64,000 nt of DNA. Source: a virus. The position numbers were made by a program, and so were the translations under genes. The stretch covers positions 20,023 through 84,022 of the IMG/VR virus record IMGVR_UViG_3300002835_007718; one strand, written 5' to 3'. Positions 58,606 through 64,000 of this stretch are shown in pieces (positions within the stretch are counted from its first letter, which is position 1; each line of letters opens with the position of its first letter). The notes under the pieces were generated by a model. It was not told the DNA's origin. It was given only the letters and a program-made list of their open reading frames with translations, and searched no databases.

Positions 58606-59897
58606 TTTCCCTCTACAATATAATTTAAAACTTGTTCTTTTTCGTAATATCGTGACCTATCCATCCAATTTTGAAGTTTATGTGCCTGATTTTTAGAATA
58701 ATCCCAACACCAATCTTCTTTTCCTAATTCAAGAATTTTCTGATGAATAAATGGGTCATAATAATCTTTGATTAATCTTGCTCTTCGATTTATGTCTGTT
58801 GAGTTATTATCAACCGTAGAATTATAATTGTTGTATTGAACATATAACATTTTTTTTAAATGAATCATACGAGTTTCAAGAAATGTTTTTACAATTAATT
58901 CATAATCATCGGCTACTGAAATATTTCTACTATGTCCTCTTATTTTGTGATATGTATCTCGATTCCATACTCTACAATGATTTGGCATTCCTATATTAAA
59001 CCTAATTGTTTTTGGATTAATATCAGGATAATGATGAGTTAACCAAGTATGACCATCAAACTTTTCCCAAGTATGACCTGCGTATGCCCAATCAAATGGA
59101 TTTTCAGGATGACCATACCAATCATTACCAATACGACCATATTGTCGTGGGGTTCCATCTTCATAGACCTCGGTTACATCGGTATAAATAAATCCAGCGT
59201 CTGGATATTGTTTGCTTGCATTTAAAACATCTTCTAAACAAGTTGAAATAAGAACATCATCATGGTCTAATTCAAATAACCACTCACCACTACATAACAT
59301 AGCAGCTCTATGCTTTACCTCGCCAACATTACCTGCTGAAGTTGGTGATATTCTATAAACATTTACTCTATAATCTTGACTTGCAATAGTTTTTAGGTAT
59401 TCAAATGTTTTATAATCACCCTCTGGCGAATCGTCAATAACAACCCATTCCCAATTTGGGTATGTTTGATTTTTTAAAGATTCGTATGTTCTAAATATGC
59501 GTTCATTTGTTTTGTATGTTGGCGTAAATACTGAAAGAATTGGTGTTTTTTTATTACCATATACTTCTTTTTGAGATTTACACGCCCAAAATGTAGATTG
59601 ACATACCACATCATTTGCAAGTATATTATCAGGTATAATTTTATCATAAACGCGTAATTTACTACTAACCATAGTATGATGCATCATTTCGGTAACTTCA
59701 ACAAAATGATTTCCTATTGTTATAATAATATCTGGCCGATGAATAGCTAAATGGGCTTTAAATTCAGCTGAACTTTCATATGAATGTAAGATTACATTTT
59801 CAAATAATCCTTCTTCCCAATATATGTCAGATTGAATTTCAATTTTGCCAAATCTATCCCAACCATAAATAAGAGCGCTTGGTAAACTTGTTTTCAT
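58602..59897 (-). CDS. GT2 glycosyltransferase with an N-terminal extension
   Basis: SVFTPTY, QTYPNWEWVVIDD, ELDHDD and ADDYEL. Confidence 0.88.
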   Translation of the reverse strand: MKTSLPSALIYGWDRFGKIEIQSDIYWEEGLFENVILHSYESSAEFKAHLAIHRPDIIITIGNHFVEVTEMMHHTMVSSKLRVYDKIIPDNILANDVVCQSTFWACKSQKEVYGNKKTPILSVFTPTYKTNERIFRTYESLKNQTYPNWEWVVIDDSPEGDYKTFEYLKTIASQDYRVNVYRISPTSAGNVGEVKHRAAMLCSGEWLFELDHDDVLISTCLEDVLNASKQYPDAGFIYTDVTEVYEDGTPRQYGRIGNDWYGHPENPFDWAYAGHTWEKFDGHTWLTHHYPDINPKTIRFNIGMPNHCRVWNRDTYHKIRGHSRNISVADDYELIVKTFLETRMIHLKKMLYVQYNNYNSTVDNNSTDINRRARLIKDYYDPFIHQKILELGKEDWCWDYSKNQAHKLQNWMDRSRYYEKEQVLNYIVEGK

Positions 59898-59900
59898 AAA

Positions 59901-60500
59901 TTACTTATATGGTTCACCACCTACCCAAAGAACAAAAGATTTACGAGTGCCTCGTGTTACAGGCGTTACTCTATGTAAGTAAAAGGATGGAAATAGTATA
60001 GCAGCACCTTTGTGTCTATGTGCTATCATTTCTTTACCAATATTAAATTCTAAATTACCACCATCATAATCTTCTGGCGATGATAATTGAACCGTAACTG
60101 AAATTTTTCTTTGATTTTGAATACCAATTCCACAATCCATGTGCCAATCGTAATGACCACCGCCCTCATAATATTCTGTATATTGAATTTGTTCATTCAT
60201 TGTAGACAAATCAAATTTCCACATTAAATCATTTGCTTCCACAATCATATTGTGAAGTTTTGAATAAACCCATTCCCATTCTTGGGTTTGAGGACACCAT
60301 TTTATTTGAGATTTACGATAATTAGATATTTTAGATTTATCGTCTTGACCAACAGCAGCTACTTGAAATGGTAATTCAAAAGTCATTTCTTCGATTTGTT
60401 GTAATTCATCAGATGTAAATCCATCTTTAAACCAATAGTAATCTGTGTAGTTTACATCGCTACGATGTGAGTTTCTATCAAATGTAAATTTATTTTGCAT
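59901..60500 (-). CDS. 2OG-Fe(II) oxygenase (prolyl-hydroxylase/PKHD-type)
   Basis: YDWHMD, RKIS, YDGG.L and FPS..LHRVTPVT.GTRKS. Confidence 0.9.
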   Translation of the reverse strand: MQNKFTFDRNSHRSDVNYTDYYWFKDGFTSDELQQIEEMTFELPFQVAAVGQDDKSKISNYRKSQIKWCPQTQEWEWVYSKLHNMIVEANDLMWKFDLSTMNEQIQYTEYYEGGGHYDWHMDCGIGIQNQRKISVTVQLSSPEDYDGGNLEFNIGKEMIAHRHKGAAILFPSFYLHRVTPVTRGTRKSFVLWVGGEPYK

Positions 60501-60535
60501 AACAATTTATTTTGTTATAAATATAGAACTAAATC

Positions 60536-63500
60536 TTAATAAGACCCACTAATGTAAGTTTCTATAATCCAAATTTGGTCACCAATTTGCCATCCGTGTT
60601 TTTTAAATGTAAGTTTGTTTAAAGAATCATTCCATTCAAAAAACCCACCAGCAAGAATGTTACCTTTTTCACCTTTTAAACCACCATCACCACCTATGCC
60701 GGTATCACCATTTGTTCCAAAATTACCTTTTGAACCCAAATTACCAGCAGCACCTTGAGAACCAATAGCTCCTTGAGCACCTTGAACTCCCTTGTTACCA
60801 ACATTACCTTGAGCGCCTTGCGGACCTGCTGGTTCGGGTGTATCGCCAGTTATACCTTTAATACCTTTATTACCCGTTGCACCTTGAGAACCTTGGTCAC
60901 CTTGAGCGCCAGTTGCACCTTTAGCTCCTGGTATGTCCTCAGAAGGACCTTGAGAACCTTGAATACCTTGAGAACCTTGGTCACCTTGAACACCTTTAAT
61001 ACCCTTGTCACCCACATTACCTTGAGAACCTATAACGCCAACTGCACCTTGAGCACCTTGAATACCTTTTATACCTTTATCACCAGCAGCTCCTTGAGCT
61101 GCTTCAAATGGGTGTTGACCACCTTGAGCGCCTTGGATTCCTTTTGCACCTTGAAGTCCCAAATCACCAGCAGCACCTTGAGAACCTTGAGCACCTTGAG
61201 AACCTTGGTCACCTTGAGAACCTTGAATCCCTTTATTACCAGCAGAACCTTGAGAACCTTGAGCACCTTGAGAACCTTGGTCACCTTGAGAACCTTGAAT
61301 TCCTTTATTGCCAATATTACCTTGAGCGCCTTGTGGACCAGCTGATTCAGGCGTATCGCCAGTTATACCTTTAATACCTTTATTACCTGCTGCACCTTGA
61401 GAACCTTGGTCACCTTGAGCACCTACTCCGCCTTGAGCACCTTGAAGTCCCAAATCACCAGCAGCACCTTGAGAACCTTGAGCACCTTGAGAACCTTGGT
61501 CACCTTGAGAACCTTGAATCCCTTTATTACCAGCAGAACCTTGAGAACCTTGAGCACCTTGAGAACCTTGGTCACCTTGAGAACCTTGAACTCCTTTATT
61601 ACCGGCTGCACCTTGAGCGCCTTGCGGGCCTGCTGGTTCAGGTGTTTCACCGGTTATACCTTTAATACCTTTATTACCTGCCGCACCTTGAGAACCTTGG
61701 TCACCTTGAGCACCTTGGATTCCCTTAGCCCCTAAATTACCAGCAGAACCTTGAGAACCTTGAGCACCTTGAGAACCTTGGTCACCTTGAGAACCTTGAA
61801 CTCCTTTATTGCCGGCTGCACCTTGAGAACCTTGAGCACCTTGAGAACCTTGGTCACCTTGAGAACCTTGAACTCCTTTATTGCCGGCTGCGCCTTGAGC
61901 ACCTTGGTCACCTTGAGCACCTACTGCACCTTGAGCACCTTGAAGGCCTAAATTACCAGCAGCACCTTGAGAACCTTGAGCACCTTGAGAACCTTGGTCA
62001 CCTTGAACTCCTTGAACTCCTTTATTACCAGCAGAACCTTGAGAGCCTTGAGCACCTTGAGAACCTTGGTCACCTTGAGCACCTTGAACTCCTTTATTGC
62101 CGGCTGCGCCTTGAGCGCCTTGCGGACCTGCTGGTTCAGGTGTTTCACCGGTTATACCTTTAATACCTTTATTACCTGCTGCACCTTGAGCGCCTGTAGC
62201 ACCTTGAGCACCTTGAGGTCCTTGAGGACCAGTATTACCAGCAGCACCTTGAGAGCCTTGAGCTCCAATAGGACCTAATCCACCCGAACGACCTATTTCG
62301 TCAGTATGTTGATACCAAGTCCCACCGCCTGATTCAGATGGTTTTTTCCAATATACTCGTAAACCTTCTCCGCCAGCATATTCTTGAGTTCTTACTAAAA
62401 ATGAGTATGAAACACCAGCGGTTAATGAAATTGTACCTGTGGTTGTTCCTAATGCAGGGGTTCCTCTACCACCATAAAATGAGGTTACAAGAGTTCCATT
62501 AACAAACAAATCTACTGAATCATCAGACTCGGCTGTAAATGTATATGTTCCTGTTTCAGTTGGTATAAATGTTCCGAATGCCCTAACTGCAAAATAATCT
62601 CCACTATTTGGAATACTAACTCCAGCGCTAGTCAATGTTGCTGATGATACCCAATTTAATATTGTAGTAGCAGCAACAAAGCCTTGTGAATGTAAAGTTG
62701 AATTTGAATATGCTGTATCAAAGAATTTACCAAAATCAGTAGCATCTGTTGGATAAACTGAATATTGAGAAGTAGAACCATTTCCACCATGAGTAGACCA
62801 CACTTCAAAATTTAATGCGGCAGACCCAAATACACTACCTTTATCACCCGTAGCACCTTTAGGACCTTGAGGGCCGATAGCACCAACTGAACCTTGAGCA
62901 CCTTGAGCGCCGGTATTGCCCGCTGCGCCTACAGACCCTTGAGCACCTTGACCGCCTTGAACACCTTGAGCGCCCGTATTACCAGCAGCGCCTTGATTAC
63001 CTTGAGGGCCTGTAGCCCCACCAGCACCTTGAGAACCTTGAGCGCCCGTATTACCAGCTGCACCTTGAGAACCTTGAGGGCCCGTAGCCCCACCAGCGCC
63101 TTGAGAACCTTGAGCGCCTGTATTACCAGCAGCACCTTGATTACCTTGAGGGCCAATAGCACCAACTGAACCTTGAGCACCTTGAGCGCCTGTATTACCA
63201 GCAGCACCTTGAAATCCTTGAAATCCAACTGGACCTTGATTACCTTGAGCGCCTGTATTACCAGCAGCACCTTGATTACCTTGAGGGCCTGTAGCCCCAC
63301 CAGCACCTTGAGAACCTTGAGCGCCTGTATTACCTGCTGCACCTTGATTACCTTGAGGACCTGTTCCTTCAGGCGCATCGCCAGTTACACCTTTAATACC
63401 TTTATTACCTGCTGCGCCGACAGACCCTTGAGCACCTTGAGCACCTTGATTACCTTGAGCGCCTGTATTACCAACAGCACCTTGATTACCTTGAGGGCCT

Positions 63501-64000
63501 GTAGCCCCACCAGCACCTTGAGAACCTTGAGCGCCTGTATTACCTGCTGCACCTTGATTACCTTGAGGACCTGTTCCTTCAGGCGCATCGCCAGTTACAC
63601 CTTTAATACCTTTATTACCTGCTGCGCCGACAGACCCTTGAGCACCTTGAGCACCTTGATTACCTTGAGCGCCTGTATTACCAACAGCACCTTGATTACC
63701 TTGAGGGCCTGTAGCCCCACCAGCACCTTGATTACCTTGAGGGCCTGTAGCCCCACCAGCACCTTGAGAACCTTGAGCGCCAGTAGCCCCACCAGCACCT
63801 TGAGAACCTTGAGCGCCCGTATTACCCGCGGCACCTTGATTACCTTGAGGGCCAATAGCACCAACTGAACCTTGAGCACCTTGAGCGCCTGTATTACCAG
63901 CAGCACCTTGATTACCTTGAAATCCAACTGGACCTTGATTACCTTGAGCGCCTGTATTACCAGCAGCACCTTGATTACCTTGAGGGCCTGTAGCCCCACC
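60536..64000 (-). CDS. Collagen-like fibre protein with a central PA14 domain (partial; start lies beyond the window)
   Basis: The frame is open from 64000 to the stop at 60536 (at least 1154 aa). Gly-X-Y repeats flank the PA14-like GDYFAVR..GTYTFTAESDDSVDLFVNG..QEYAGGEGLRVYW. The track's 62803 start is an internal GTG. Confidence 0.9.
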   Translation of the reverse strand, partial: GGATGPQGNQGAAGNTGAQGNQGPVGFQGNQGAAGNTGAQGAQGSVGAIGPQGNQGAAGNTGAQGSQGAGGATGAQGSQGAGGATGPQGNQGAGGATGPQGNQGAVGNTGAQGNQGAQGAQGSVGAAGNKGIKGVTGDAPEGTGPQGNQGAAGNTGAQGSQGAGGATGPQGNQGAVGNTGAQGNQGAQGAQGSVGAAGNKGIKGVTGDAPEGTGPQGNQGAAGNTGAQGSQGAGGATGPQGNQGAAGNTGAQGNQGPVGFQGFQGAAGNTGAQGAQGSVGAIGPQGNQGAAGNTGAQGSQGAGGATGPQGSQGAAGNTGAQGSQGAGGATGPQGNQGAAGNTGAQGVQGGQGAQGSVGAAGNTGAQGAQGSVGAIGPQGPKGATGDKGSVFGSAALNFEVWSTHGGNGSTSQYSVYPTDATDFGKFFDTAYSNSTLHSQGFVAATTILNWVSSATLTSAGVSIPNSGDYFAVRAFGTFIPTETGTYTFTAESDDSVDLFVNGTLVTSFYGGRGTPALGTTTGTISLTAGVSYSFLVRTQEYAGGEGLRVYWKKPSESGGGTWYQHTDEIGRSGGLGPIGAQGSQGAAGNTGPQGPQGAQGATGAQGAAGNKGIKGITGETPEPAGPQGAQGAAGNKGVQGAQGDQGSQGAQGSQGSAGNKGVQGVQGDQGSQGAQGSQGAAGNLGLQGAQGAVGAQGDQGAQGAAGNKGVQGSQGDQGSQGAQGSQGAAGNKGVQGSQGDQGSQGAQGSQGSAGNLGAKGIQGAQGDQGSQGAAGNKGIKGITGETPEPAGPQGAQGAAGNKGVQGSQGDQGSQGAQGSQGSAGNKGIQGSQGDQGSQGAQGSQGAAGDLGLQGAQGGVGAQGDQGSQGAAGNKGIKGITGDTPESAGPQGAQGNIGNKGIQGSQGDQGSQGAQGSQGSAGNKGIQGSQGDQGSQGAQGSQGAAGDLGLQGAKGIQGAQGGQHPFEAAQGAAGDKGIKGIQGAQGAVGVIGSQGNVGDKGIKGVQGDQGSQGIQGSQGPSEDIPGAKGATGAQGDQGSQGATGNKGIKGITGDTPEPAGPQGAQGNVGNKGVQGAQGAIGSQGAAGNLGSKGNFGTNGDTGIGGDGGLKGEKGNILAGGFFEWNDSLNKLTFKKHGWQIGDQIWIIETYISGSY
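60660..62290 (-). repeat. Gly-X-Y collagen repeat block 2 (Lys-rich in the Y position)
   Basis: GAQ/GSQ/GDQ/GNK triplets with recurring GNKGIKGITG[ED]TPE[PS]A units. Confidence 0.9.
62840..64000 (-). repeat. Gly-X-Y collagen repeat block 1, including a near-exact 210-bp tandem duplication
   Basis: ctgttccttcaggcgcatcg occurs at both 63361 and 63571. Confidence 0.9.

Noticed and set aside
60755-63999. Many alternative-frame and plus-strand ORFs (TLRTLS..., KVLKVL...)
   Set aside because: They are shadow frames of the 9-bp-periodic collagen repeat.
60660-64000. Collagen repeats as a CRISPR array or a DGR template/variable pair
   Set aside because: They are in-frame Gly-X-Y coding repeats with no unique spacers, and there is no reverse transcriptase in the window.
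1-64000. Stop-codon reassignment or tRNA genes
   Set aside because: Genes are intact in the standard code and use all three stops; the intergenic gaps are short and I saw no cloverleaf.

Overview
This window is 64 kb of an AT-rich, large T4-like myovirus genome, with every credible gene on the minus strand. Host-type promoters (TTTG-N~20-TAnnTTTG) and A-rich leaders without Shine-Dalgarno sites point to a Bacteroidota host. In transcription order (right to left) it holds: (1) a collagen-like fibre gene with a PA14 domain that runs off the window end, followed by a 2OG-Fe(II) oxygenase, a GT2 and a GT4 fused to a PLOD/LH3-like lysyl hydroxylase; (2) neck, sheath, tube, a tail chaperone with a probable programmed frameshift, tape measure and baseplate genes; (3) an RNA-repair trio and a divergent PolA; (4) replication genes (SSB, RecA, 5'-3' exonuclease, helicase, RNR, PolB, clamp, clamp loader) interleaved with three Mom-like and two DUF4338/DruA-like putative DNA-modifying enzymes plus a glycosyltransferase; (5) a glycan-biosynthesis operon of about 10 kb. 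The best candidates for new biology are a phage-encoded, animal-like collagen lysine hydroxylation and glycosylation cassette next to its likely substrate, and a replisome-embedded multi-enzyme DNA modification cluster. All calls come from reading motifs by eye; no searches were run.
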